Positions 17,917 to 27,014 of a stretch of 49,065 bases of DNA are shown one piece after another. This DNA is from an uncultured Acidiferrobacterales bacterium (GTDB lineage: Bacteria; Pseudomonadota; Gammaproteobacteria; Acidiferrobacterales; UBA6901), in contig CAYJBG010000003.1 of NCBI GenBank assembly GCA_964368085.1, forward strand, positions 1 through 49,065. The letters are read 5' to 3'. The notes under the pieces are model-generated. The model did no database searches. It was not told the DNA's origin and worked only from the letters and a program-made list of their open reading frames with translations. Each line of letters begins with the position of its first letter. Within the stretch, counting starts at the first letter, position 1. A program made the translations under genes and the position numbers.

Positions 17917-18705
17917 ATGAGCAACGACCTGATCCTGACCCGGCGTGAAGGCGATGGCGATATTGTCACGGTCGTATTGAACCGCCCGCAAAAGCTCAAC
18001 GCCCTCACCCGGCCGATGTGGCGGCAGTTGGGAGAAACCGTGCGCGCACTGTCGGCCGATGACAGCGTTCGCTGTATCGTAATTCGCGGCGCCGGTGAAA
18101 AGGCCTTCTCGCCCGGCAACGACATTTCCGAATTCGAGAACGAACGCTCGACCTCGGCCCAGGCCAGGGACTATGCGACCACGCACCTGCCGGCGCTCGC
18201 CGCGTTGCATGACTGCCGGCATCCGTTGGTCGCGATGATCCACGGTATCTGCGTCGGCGGCGGGCTTGAGATCGCGGCGCTCTGCGACCTGCGCATCGGT
18301 GGCACGTCGAGCCGCTACGGCATCCCCATCAACCGTCTCGGACTGGCCGCCGGCCACGAGGAGATTAAAGGGTTGCTGGCACTCGTCGGACCGGCAGTCA
18401 CACGCGAGTTGCTGCTCGAGGGCCAGGTGGTCGTTGCTGACGACGCGCTGCGCAAGGGGATCGTCAACCGCATTGTCGCTGACGACCAGGTTGAAACCGA
18501 GGCTTACGCGACCGCGCGGCGCATCGCCGACGGCGCGCCGCTGGCGGCGCGCTGGCACAAGAAATTCCTGCGCCGTCTGGAGAACCCGGCACCGCTCACC
18601 GGACCGGAAACCGACGAGACCTATGCCAGCTATGATACTTCCGACTTTCGCGCTGGCTATCGGGCGTTCCTTGCCAAGCAGAAACCGAAGTTCACCGGGA
18701 ACTGA
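17917..18705 (+). CDS. Enoyl-CoA hydratase/isomerase (crotonase) family protein
   Basis: 262 aa. VTVVLNRPQKLNAL, RCIVIRGAGEKAFSPGNDI and IHGICVGGGLEIAALCDLRI are crotonase-fold signatures. Confidence 0.85.
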   Translation: MSNDLILTRREGDGDIVTVVLNRPQKLNALTRPMWRQLGETVRALSADDSVRCIVIRGAGEKAFSPGNDISEFENERSTSAQARDYATTHLPALAALHDCRHPLVAMIHGICVGGGLEIAALCDLRIGGTSSRYGIPINRLGLAAGHEEIKGLLALVGPAVTRELLLEGQVVVADDALRKGIVNRIVADDQVETEAYATARRIADGAPLAARWHKKFLRRLENPAPLTGPETDETYASYDTSDFRAGYRAFLAKQKPKFTGN

Positions 18706-18708
18706 GGC

Positions 18709-19929
18709 ATGACCCAGCCGCAACACGGTCCACTCGCCGGACTCAAGATCATTGATCTCTCGCACATCATGGCCGGCCCGGCCTGCGGGATGCTGCTGGC
18801 CGACCTCGGCGCCGATGTCATCAAGGTCGAGAAGTATCCGGACGGTGACGATTCCCGGCGCATGGTGCCGCCGACGGTCGATGGCGAATCGGCGGCCTAC
18901 ATGATCCTCAATCGCAACAAGCGCGGCACCGCCATCAACCTGAAGAGCGAGGCCGGCTGCGCGATACTGCGGCGCATGCTGGCCACGGCCGACGTGGTGC
19001 TCGAGAACTTTCGTCCCGGCACCATGGAGAAACTCGGTCTCGGCTACGACACGCTGCGCGCGGCCAATCCGGGGCTTATTTACTGTCAGATCACCGGCTT
19101 CGGGTCCACCGGTCCGTATGCCGATCGCGCCGGTTTCGATCTCATCGGCCAGGGCATGAGCGGACTCATGAGCCTCACCGGCGAAGGGCCGGACCGCCCG
19201 CCGGTGAAGGTCGGCGTGCCGATCACCGACATGACCGCAGGCATCCTGGGCGCGGTCGCAATCCTGGCGGCACACGTGCATCGTCTCAAGACAGGTCAGG
19301 GACAGAAGGTCGAGGCGTCGCTGCTCGAGGCCGGCATTATGCATACCGCCTGGCAAAGCGCGATCTTCTTCGCCACCGGCGCATCGCCCGGACCGCTCGG
19401 CACGGCGCACCCCCTGGCCGCCCCTTACCAGGCGATCCAGACCGCGGACGGCTGGATCAACGTCGGCGCCGCCAACCAGGCGAACTGGCTGCGCCTGATC
19501 GAGGTCATCGGCGTCGCCGAACTGAACAGCGACCCGCGCTTTGCCGACAATGCCGGCCGCATGAAGCACCTGCCGGCACTCATCGAAATCCTGACGACCC
19601 ACCTGCGCCAGCACAGTACCGCCGAGTGGCTTGCGCGGTTCGAGGCGACCGGCGTGCCGGCCGGACCCGTGTTCAGCATCGGCGAGATGCTGAATGACCC
19701 GCACGTCCGCGCCCGCAATATGGTCGTCGAGGTCGAGCACGCCAGGCTCGGCAAGATGCGCGCACTCGGCACGCCGATCAAGTTCTCCGCCACACCGACC
19801 GCCGTGACGCGCGCCGCGCCGGTGCTGGGCCAGCACACGCGCGAGTTGCTGCGCGAATACGGCTACAGCGATGCCGAGATTGACCAGTTCGCGGCCGGCG
19901 GCGATATCGTCATCGGCCCAGGTGCCTGA
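18709..19929 (+). CDS. Family III CoA-transferase (CaiB/BaiF type)
   Basis: 406 aa. GPLAGLKIIDLSHIMAGPACGMLLADLGADVIKVE and GFDLIGQGMSGLMSLTG are typical of family III CoA-transferases. Confidence 0.9.
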   Translation: MTQPQHGPLAGLKIIDLSHIMAGPACGMLLADLGADVIKVEKYPDGDDSRRMVPPTVDGESAAYMILNRNKRGTAINLKSEAGCAILRRMLATADVVLENFRPGTMEKLGLGYDTLRAANPGLIYCQITGFGSTGPYADRAGFDLIGQGMSGLMSLTGEGPDRPPVKVGVPITDMTAGILGAVAILAAHVHRLKTGQGQKVEASLLEAGIMHTAWQSAIFFATGASPGPLGTAHPLAAPYQAIQTADGWINVGAANQANWLRLIEVIGVAELNSDPRFADNAGRMKHLPALIEILTTHLRQHSTAEWLARFEATGVPAGPVFSIGEMLNDPHVRARNMVVEVEHARLGKMRALGTPIKFSATPTAVTRAAPVLGQHTRELLREYGYSDAEIDQFAAGGDIVIGPGA

Positions 19930-20322
19930 CCCGCGCCGACGACCCTATTGAGTTTGAATCTTTTTCAATTCCTGTAAACTGAATTAGTCTGCAGCCTTAG
20001 AGTTACTTCTCAGTCGGTCGTACAGGCTACACTCGGCACACGAAAAAGGAACGCACGGGCATGCCGGTAATGCCGTAAACGGTGCACAGCGTCACTTGTC
20101 GAGCCAACCCTCCCCCGGCTTGAGATCATGACTGTAGAGGTGCCGGCGGATCGGAAATCTTCGTGGCACCGTTGAGAAAATATATATCCTCAGCTGGATT
20201 AGTAAGTTACAGCAGTTTGCTAATACAGTTTCTCTCATAAGAATAAATCTGGTGCAATTCTTGCTCTATTGCCAGTACGTATAAATGTGAGTTCCATACC
20301 GACGACAACTAGGAAACCTGCC

Positions 20323-21426
20323 ATGACCGTCAATCTTGCTTCGCTGTTTAAATTCGGCATCTTCCAGAAGATGCTGGTCGCCATGTTGCTGGTGGCTCTC
20401 GTGCCCCTGAGCATTATCTGGTACATCGACTATCGCAGCACGATTACCCAGACCGCCGCCGCCGTCGACCAGCAGCTGGCCAGCGTCTCCGACAAGCTTA
20501 CCGCCCAGGTGAACGACTGGGTGAGCATGCATTTGAGGGCGCTGAACCAGAATGCCGCCTTGGCGGACATGAAGTCGATGGACGCCAAGCGCCAGAACCC
20601 CATCCTGCGCACCATGACCGGCGAGTACCCGTGGAGCTATCTGGCGTTCAGCACTGGCCCCGACGGCATGAACATCGGCCGCAGCGACGACAAGCCGCTG
20701 GTCGACTACAGCGATCGCATTTATTACAAGCAGGTCATGGACGGCAAACCCATGGGCCAGCAGGTCGTCATCAGCAAGACCAACAACAAACCGGCCCTGA
20801 TTCTGTCCGCACCCATCAGCTCGACCGACGCCGCGAGCGGCGTAAAAAAGGTGAACGGAGTACTGGCGATGGGCATGTCGATCACCGACATCTCCGAACG
20901 CATTACCAATCTGCGCATCGGCACCAGCGGTTACGCCTTCCTGCTGGATGAAAGCGGCAAGGTCGTGGCGCACCAGAAGCAGCAATACGCCGATACCAGC
21001 GCCGACTTCAGCAAGCACCCGGCGTTCGCCGGTCGCCCGGCCGAGGGTAAGCAACAGTTCGTCTACGACGAGGCGGGCAAGAAGATTATCGCCATTGTCC
21101 AGATCACGCAGCCCGGCTGGGCGCTGATCACCCAACAGGATTATGACGAGGCGTATGCACCCATCGAGGAATCGAAATCGCGTGCGCTGCTGCTCCTCGG
21201 TGCGACCCTGGTGGTGGTCACCATGTTTGCCTACCTGATGTCGCGGGGTCTGACCGGCCCGATCCGCAACCTGACGCGTATCGCCGAAGACTTGAGCCGC
21301 GGTGGCGTGGTCATGAAGATTAACGAGGTCAACCGCAACGACGAGATCGGTGCGCTGGCCGCCGCGATCGACCGCATGGGTGTCAGCATCCGCCTCGCCA
21401 TGGATCGGTTGAAGGCCAAAACCTGA
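20323..21426 (+). CDS. Membrane sensor with a periplasmic dCache-like domain and a cytoplasmic HAMP domain, but no output domain, 367 aa
   Basis: TM1 is FQKMLVAMLLVALVPLSIIWYI, followed by a ~270-aa periplasmic Cache-like region, then TM2 (LLLLGATLVVVTMFAYLM). The HAMP domain is GPIRNLTRIAEDL...NDEIGALAAAIDRMGVSI, and the protein ends 11 aa later. The ATG at 20323 has AGGAA 8 nt upstream. Confidence 0.75.
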   Translation: MTVNLASLFKFGIFQKMLVAMLLVALVPLSIIWYIDYRSTITQTAAAVDQQLASVSDKLTAQVNDWVSMHLRALNQNAALADMKSMDAKRQNPILRTMTGEYPWSYLAFSTGPDGMNIGRSDDKPLVDYSDRIYYKQVMDGKPMGQQVVISKTNNKPALILSAPISSTDAASGVKKVNGVLAMGMSITDISERITNLRIGTSGYAFLLDESGKVVAHQKQQYADTSADFSKHPAFAGRPAEGKQQFVYDEAGKKIIAIVQITQPGWALITQQDYDEAYAPIEESKSRALLLLGATLVVVTMFAYLMSRGLTGPIRNLTRIAEDLSRGGVVMKINEVNRNDEIGALAAAIDRMGVSIRLAMDRLKAKT

Positions 21427-21440
21427 TTGAAACAGACAGC

Positions 21441-21480
21441 GGCCGGCGCTTCTGCATGAACCGCAGCGCGCCGGCCTTTG
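21441..21480 (+). terminator. GC-rich hairpin, candidate intrinsic terminator after the Cache-HAMP gene
   Basis: GGCCGGCGC (21441-49) pairs with GCGCCGGCC (21468-76), with an inner CTGC/GCAG extension. It is followed by a weak T tract (TTTGGTG). Confidence 0.45.
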
Positions 21481-21548
21481 GTGCCGAAGCTACTGTGCTA
21501 TCGATTATTTAATGGAAGCATGCCAGCGCAAAATCAGCCATTTTATCG

Positions 21549-22124
21549 ATGCAGTTTCAGGAGGACGATTCCGGAATGAGCGCAGACCACTCACCACTGA
21601 ACTATGGCCAGCTGGTCGACACCCTCCGTAATTTTTGTCAGGAGAAGAAATCCGGCACCATGCTGGTCGCCACGCACGACAACAACCTGGCGCGCATCCT
21701 GCTGGATGACGGCAAGATTGTTTCCGTCGTCTTCGGTCAGAAGCGGGACAGCGACGCCATCGCCATGGTCCGGGAAATCACGAGCTGCAGGGTGAAGTTC
21801 TCCGACAGCGTGGTGGGATCGCACAAAAGCGCAAACCTGCCGGCCACCGGCACCATCCTGCGCATGCTTGGCGGCGGTGCCAATGCCCCGGGCGGAGTCG
21901 GAACGACCGCGATCGAAGCATCGCTCGAAATCATCGAACAGGAGCTCGTCGATGTTCTCGGCCCGATGGCGAGCCTGATCTGGGACGAGCTCCTGGCAAA
22001 GGCCGGCAAACCGCTGACCCCCGACGCCATCACCCGACTGCTGCAGACGGCGGCGAACGAGATCAGCGACCCGGGCAAGCGCCAGCACTTCAAGGAACAG
22101 GTGGCGGTGAAACTCCGCAGTTAG
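21549..22124 (+). CDS. DUF4388 (PATAN-like) domain protein, 191 aa
   Basis: GQLVDTLRNFCQEKKSGTMLVATHDNNLARILLDDGKIVSVVFGQKRDSDAIAMVREITSCRVKFSD fits my recollection of the DUF4388 pattern (G.L....l..l....ktG.L.v......a.i.f.dG.iv.a....k.G.dAl..l.......F.f). The C-terminal ~70 aa are helical and unassigned. The start is uncertain (21549 or the ATG at 21576). Confidence 0.55.
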   Translation: MQFQEDDSGMSADHSPLNYGQLVDTLRNFCQEKKSGTMLVATHDNNLARILLDDGKIVSVVFGQKRDSDAIAMVREITSCRVKFSDSVVGSHKSANLPATGTILRMLGGGANAPGGVGTTAIEASLEIIEQELVDVLGPMASLIWDELLAKAGKPLTPDAITRLLQTAANEISDPGKRQHFKEQVAVKLRS

Positions 22125-22207
22125 CCACTTCCGGTTCCCGGCCAGCAACATCTACAGTAACGCCGACGTCAAGAGTATTGCCGGGGGTCACGGCCATGCA
22201 GCCGCTC

Positions 22208-22990
22208 CTACGTGTACTCCTTTCTGTAGCCCCAGAGCATCAACCCGACGCCAAACAGGATCATCGGCACACTCAACACCTGCCCCATGGTCAGCCAGCC
22301 GAACGCGAGATAGCCGAGCTGCGGATCCGGTTCGCGCACAAACTCCACCAGTATGCGGAACAGGCCATAACAGGTGAGGAACAGACCGGAGACACTCGCG
22401 GTCGGGCGCGGCTTGCGCGCAAACAGCCACAGGATGACGAACAGCGCCACGCCCTCGAGCGCCGCTTGATAGAGTTGTGACGGGTGGCGTGGCAACGGGC
22501 CGGCCTCGCGGAACACCATGCCCCACGGACCATCGGTGGTGCGGCCCCAGAGTTCGTGGTTGATGAAATTGCCGAGACGGCCCAAGCCCAGGCCGATCGG
22601 CACCCACGGCGCAATGAAATCCGCCACCGTGAAGAAGGTTTTGCCGGTCTTGCGCGCGAAGAACAGCATCGCGAGGAGCACGCCGAGCAAGCCACCGTGG
22701 AACGACATGCCGCCCTGCCAAACCTTGAACGCATCGAGCGGGTGCGTGAAGTAGTGCGGCAGGTTGTAGAACAGCATGTAGCCGAGCCGCCCGCCGAGTA
22801 TCACGCCGAGCGCGCCGTAGAACACAAAATCGCTGACCTGTTCCGCCGTCCACCCTGAATTCGTCTGCTTCGCGCGACGCGACGCGAAGAACCAGAGCGC
22901 CAGGAAACCGATGACATACATCAGCCCGTACCAGTGAATCTTGACGGGACCGAGGGAAATCGCAACGGGGTCGATATCGGGGGCAAGCAT
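22208..22990 (-). CDS. lgt: Prolipoprotein diacylglyceryl transferase
   Basis: 260 aa from the ATG at 22990. [38 protein letters not shown] and [14 protein letters not shown] are canonical Lgt motifs. Confidence 0.9.
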   Translation of the reverse strand: MLAPDIDPVAISLGPVKIHWYGLMYVIGFLALWFFASRRAKQTNSGWTAEQVSDFVFYGALGVILGGRLGYMLFYNLPHYFTHPLDAFKVWQGGMSFHGGLLGVLLAMLFFARKTGKTFFTVADFIAPWVPIGLGLGRLGNFINHELWGRTTDGPWGMVFREAGPLPRHPSQLYQAALEGVALFVILWLFARKPRPTASVSGLFLTCYGLFRILVEFVREPDPQLGYLAFGWLTMGQVLSVPMILFGVGLMLWGYRKEYT

Positions 22991-23025
22991 CGGTGAACTC
23001 CTCTTAATGGCGATAACAGCAAAAC

Positions 23026-23116
23026 CTGCCGCAAAGACGCGAAGGACGCAAAGAATAATTCTGCACTGCAATTACAACCTTATCGTCCCTTTGCGGTCTT
23101 TGCGTCTTTGCGGCGG
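23026..23116. repeat. REP-like inverted repeat built from TTTGCG(T/G)C units
   Basis: The left arm CTGCCGCAAAGACGCGAAGGACGCAAAGAATAATT (23026-60) is roughly complementary to the right arm TCCCTTTGCGGTCTTTGCGTCTTTGCGGCGG (23086-116). The left arm recurs almost identically, inverted, at 47375-47410. It lies between rlmI and lgt. Confidence 0.6.
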
Positions 23117-23132
23117 ATTTTCATAAAAACGA

Positions 23133-24326
23133 CTAGTTCGGCAGCACCCGCAGGAAGAACGCCTTGAGATAAGCAGTCTCGGGAATCGCCGGATGCACCG
23201 GATGGTCCGGGCCCTGGTGGCCTTCCTCGACGATCTGCATAAAGCGGTCGAGGTGGCGGCTGTTCTTGAGCAGCAGCTCGCGCAGGGTGTCGCGCTCCAG
23301 ATGATAGGAGCACGAGCAGGATACAAGAATGCCATCCTTCGCTAATACCTGCATGGCCATCTGGTTGAGGCGCTGGTATGCCAGGGTGCCTTCCTTGATG
23401 TCCTTGCGGCGCTTGATGAGCGCCGGAGGGTCGAGGATCACGACGTCAAACTTCTCGCGCGCGGCGCGCAGTTCCTTGAGCAGTTCGAAGGCGTCGGCCT
23501 GGCGGGTCTGCACCGTTGCCTCGACATTGTTGAGACGCGCGTTGCGGACCACGCCTTCGAGCGCGAGCACCGAACTGTCCACACACAGCACCGATTCGGC
23601 GCCGGCGGCCGCGGCCTGCACGCCCCAGGCGCCGAGATAACTGAACACGTCCAGCACGCGCTTGCCCTTCACGTAGCGCGCGAGGCGCGCGCGATTCATG
23701 CGGTGATCGTAGAACCAGCCGGTCTTCTGGCCGCGCGCGAGCGGCGCCTCGAAGTGCAGGCCATTCTCTTCCAGCGCCAGCCACTCCGGCAGTTCACCGT
23801 GCACGGTCTCGATGTAGCTCGGCAGATTTTCCATGGCGCGCATGGAGGAATCGTTGCGCAGCAGAATGGCGCCCGGTTTCACCACCTTGTCGAGCGCCGC
23901 CAGCACTTCCGCTTTCAGGCGCTCCATGCCGGCGGTGGTGATCTGCACCACCAGCACGTCGGCGAAGCGATCCACCACCAGGCCCGGCAGGCCGTCGCTG
24001 TCGCCGAACACCAGACGGTAATACGGTTTGTCGAACAGGCGTTCGCGCAGACTCAGCGCGATATTGAGACGATGGGTGATCAGCGACTGATCGAGCAGCA
24101 TCGCCGGATCGCGGCTCACCAGGCGCGCGCTGATGAGCGTGGCCGGATTCACATAGCCGCTGCCGATCGCGCGACCCGAGGCCTCTTCGATGACGCAGGC
24201 CTCGCCCGGCTCGAAGGCATCGAGGGGCGTAATCTTGGTGTCCACCTCGTTGCTGAACACCCAGGCGTGGCCGCTGTGCAGGCGACGATCCTCGTGCTTC
24301 TTGAGTCGCAGTGGTTTGGGGAACAT
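23133..24326 (-). CDS. rlmI: Class I SAM-dependent rRNA (cytosine-C5) methyltransferase, RlmI-like (PUA + MTase)
   Basis: 397 aa. The N-terminus LKKHEDRRLHSGHAWVFSNEV is RlmI-like. The MTase core is RVLDVFSYLGAWG ... DVVILDPPA. Confidence 0.8.
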   Translation of the reverse strand: MFPKPLRLKKHEDRRLHSGHAWVFSNEVDTKITPLDAFEPGEACVIEEASGRAIGSGYVNPATLISARLVSRDPAMLLDQSLITHRLNIALSLRERLFDKPYYRLVFGDSDGLPGLVVDRFADVLVVQITTAGMERLKAEVLAALDKVVKPGAILLRNDSSMRAMENLPSYIETVHGELPEWLALEENGLHFEAPLARGQKTGWFYDHRMNRARLARYVKGKRVLDVFSYLGAWGVQAAAAGAESVLCVDSSVLALEGVVRNARLNNVEATVQTRQADAFELLKELRAAREKFDVVILDPPALIKRRKDIKEGTLAYQRLNQMAMQVLAKDGILVSCSCSYHLERDTLRELLLKNSRHLDRFMQIVEEGHQGPDHPVHPAIPETAYLKAFFLRVLPN

Positions 24327-24378
24327 GTGCGAGACCAGACGAAATAACGTCTGCGCATTATATAGGAATCAGTAAGCA

Positions 24379-26160
24379 CTAACCGCCCTTCAAGGCCGCC
24401 GCCGGCCAGATACGCAACTGCGTGTCGCCGTACGGCTGCTCGTAGAACGGCGCCATGCCGGGCGCCGCGCGCGGCTGCCAGGCATTCGTGTAGGTGACGA
24501 CCAGACCCTCCGGGTGCCCGGCAACCCACAGTTCCAGTTGCTCGGGGGAGACAATCGCGAGCGGCTTAGTCAAGCGCCCGGCGAAATGATACTGCCCGCG
24601 GTAGGCGCCGACGTGCGCGACGGCGACGCCCTGTTGCTGAGCCGTGGCCAACACACGTGCCGCGCCGCTCAACTCGTAGTGGACACTGAACTGCCAGCCG
24701 CTGACCAGCAGCGCGAGCGCGGTAAGCACCACCACCGTGACCGCCATGTTGGCGATGCGCGCCTCGATGCTGGGCAGCGGCAACCAGCCGACCGCGACAC
24801 CGACACCGATGATGCCCACGCCCACGAACGGCGACAACTGCCACAGAAACTCCGGCAGGTAAGGAACGCGTGGCAGACCCGGCAGCACGGCAAGCAGGCC
24901 GCCCAGCAGAATGAGCGGAAAGATCATGGTCGAGATCAGGCGGCTGTGGTCGTGCGTCGTATGCTCCTCATCCAACAACAGCCAGGCCGCGACCAGGATA
25001 AACGCCGGCACCACCGGCAGCAGAAACTGCGGTTGCTTCACCTCGAACAGCGAAAACAACGCGATCCCCGACACCGCCCAGACCATGCAAAACGCCAGGC
25101 CGTTGCTGATCGGCTCGCGCCGGATGTGCCAGAAGCGCAACCACGGCAACGGCCACAGCGCCCACGGAAACGTGAGCCACGGCAGCAAGAACAGATACCA
25201 CCACCACGGGCGCGCGCCGGCAAACAGATCAAGTGAATTTGCCTGCAAAGGCGAGAGCAGCGGGTCCAGCACGCCGACCCAACCGGCGCCGGACGCCGCC
25301 GGTACTGCCCAGGCAGCGTAAATGGCAAGTCCTACGAACGCGGCCTTGAAGATATCGACATACCAATACTGCCACGGCATGGTCGGCGTGCCGCGCGCCC
25401 AGAGCGGCGCAAGCAACGCCACCGGCAGGACGTACAGGAAGATCAGGCTGCCGGAAGCGAGCGTTCCCATTCCGAGCACCGGCCCGAGCAGCAGCCACAC
25501 GCGCATATCGCGCGCGCGCCACATCCACAACACCGCGCTGAGCGCGAACAGCGTGAAGAACACCGTGAGCAAATCGGCGCTGAGCAAGGTCGCCGCAGAC
25601 ACCCAGTAGAATCCGCCGAGCAACGCGAGCGGCGCGTAGCGCGCGTGCTGGCCCGCCCCGGGCCAGAGAAAACGCGCCATGCGCGCGGCGAGGAACAGGC
25701 TACCGAGCATGAACAGCGCCGGCACCAGCCGCGCCCACCATTCGACTACGCCGAAAATTCGCCAGCCGAGATGCACGATCCAGAAGAACAGCGGCGGCGC
25801 GCCGGCGGGCGCGCCGTTCAGGCGCGGCACAAGCAGCTCACCGCGCGTCCACATCTCCCAGGCCATCGCCAGCCAGCGGGTTTCGTCGGTCGGCCAGGCG
25901 CTGCGCGTGGCCAGTGCTGCCGCGACAACGATCAGCAGCAAACCGATGGAACCGGCCGCGACCCGGAACGCAGGCCACCAGCGCGACGGTGTTTCGTAAC
26001 GCCGCTGCGAAGACGACACCGAGGTGTCGGACAACTCGATTTCCTCCACCACGAAGTTCTTGAGGTTGCGCAGCATCGGGTCGGTCTTGCCGGCCGCGGT
26101 GTTAGACGCCGGCCGTACGGACCTGTGCTTTTTCTTGTCGTCGTTGTGGCGATTGAACAT
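24379..26160 (-). CDS. ArnT-like (GT39/GT83) glycosyltransferase, polytopic membrane protein
   Basis: DETRWLAMAWEMWTRGELLVPRLNGAPAGAPPLFFW matches the ArnT/PMT N-terminal loop motif. More than 10 TM segments follow. The start was set at the ATG at 26160, because GC3 collapses upstream of it (track ORF runs to 26238). Confidence 0.75.
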   Translation of the reverse strand: MFNRHNDDKKKHRSVRPASNTAAGKTDPMLRNLKNFVVEEIELSDTSVSSSQRRYETPSRWWPAFRVAAGSIGLLLIVVAAALATRSAWPTDETRWLAMAWEMWTRGELLVPRLNGAPAGAPPLFFWIVHLGWRIFGVVEWWARLVPALFMLGSLFLAARMARFLWPGAGQHARYAPLALLGGFYWVSAATLLSADLLTVFFTLFALSAVLWMWRARDMRVWLLLGPVLGMGTLASGSLIFLYVLPVALLAPLWARGTPTMPWQYWYVDIFKAAFVGLAIYAAWAVPAASGAGWVGVLDPLLSPLQANSLDLFAGARPWWWYLFLLPWLTFPWALWPLPWLRFWHIRREPISNGLAFCMVWAVSGIALFSLFEVKQPQFLLPVVPAFILVAAWLLLDEEHTTHDHSRLISTMIFPLILLGGLLAVLPGLPRVPYLPEFLWQLSPFVGVGIIGVGVAVGWLPLPSIEARIANMAVTVVVLTALALLVSGWQFSVHYELSGAARVLATAQQQGVAVAHVGAYRGQYHFAGRLTKPLAIVSPEQLELWVAGHPEGLVVTYTNAWQPRAAPGMAPFYEQPYGDTQLRIWPAAALKGG

Positions 26161-26273
26161 GGGGAAATCCGGAAAGCCGGCTATCCGTGAAAACACTTCA
26201 TACCTTCTACTATTATCATTTAGAAAATAGCATTCCACACGATGCGAACGCCAACACAGACACCGTCATCGGC

Positions 26274-27014
26274 TCAACGCCGGACCGATGGTGCAAACCG
26301 CCAGACCGCGGCACCGAGCAGGGCCAGCAGGCAAACAATCACCGGCGCGGCCGGCAGGTCGGCAATGAGCGACAACGTCAGGCCCGCAGCATAAGCCAGC
26401 GCCCCCAGTGCATAGGCGAACGGCAGGCGCGGCGCGGCCAGCACCGGGATGATGAGGCTGGCGAACACCAGATACACGCCGACCAGCTGCACCGAGGCGG
26501 TGACCGTGAGCGCAAACAGAAAATAGAAGCCGGCGCGTCCGAGGCGCCGGCGCGCGCCGAACCAGAGCGCGAGCACGGCGGCATACAGCAGCGCGACCGG
26601 CAACAGGGTTCTGATCTCGGTCCAGAGAATCTGGCCTTCGAGCACGTCCTTGAGGTGCTCGGCGCCGTGCGCATGACCGTGCAACAGGAGCAACGCCGCA
26701 CTCGCGGCCAGAACGAACAGCGCACCGATCAGCGCCTCCTGCTGGGCGGCGAACCGCCGTTCGGCATACGACAGCAGCGCGGCACCGGCAAGCGCGGCCG
26801 TGGCGGCAATCGCCTGCACCGCCCAGCCATGCGCCTCGAAGCCGAGCACCTCGGCGGCGATCACACCCAGCACCGCGACCTGCGCGATGGCGAGATCGAT
26901 GAACACAATGCCGCGCTTCAGCACTTCCTGGCCGAGTGGCACGTGCGTCGCGAGTACCAGCAACCCGGCAAGCAGCGCCGGCAGCAGCACATTCAGTTCC
27001 AGAGCCAGATTCAT
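26274..27014 (-). CDS. ABC-3 family metal (Zn/Mn-type) transporter permease, ZnuB-like
   Basis: 246 aa from the ATG at 27014 (ATGA overlap with the upstream gene). The sequence is GIVFIDLAIAQVAVLG... and it is polytopic. Confidence 0.85.
   Translation of the reverse strand: MNLALELNVLLPALLAGLLVLATHVPLGQEVLKRGIVFIDLAIAQVAVLGVIAAEVLGFEAHGWAVQAIAATAALAGAALLSYAERRFAAQQEALIGALFVLAASAALLLLHGHAHGAEHLKDVLEGQILWTEIRTLLPVALLYAAVLALWFGARRRLGRAGFYFLFALTVTASVQLVGVYLVFASLIIPVLAAPRLPFAYALGALAYAAGLTLSLIADLPAAPVIVCLLALLGAAVWRFAPSVRR

Noticed and set aside
17869-19836. 655-aa ORF on the minus strand
   Set aside because: It is fully antisense to the well-supported crotonase and CoA-transferase genes. The translation is Arg/Ala/Gly/His-rich low complexity with no motifs. 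It is a typical shadow ORF of a high-GC genome.
19954-19968. TTGAA-N5-TTCAA as an FNR/CRP-family binding site
   Set aside because: The half-site spacing is one base longer than the canonical TTGAT-N4-ATCAA. It also lies right after the upstream gene's stop, about 350 nt from the next start codon. This is too weak to call.
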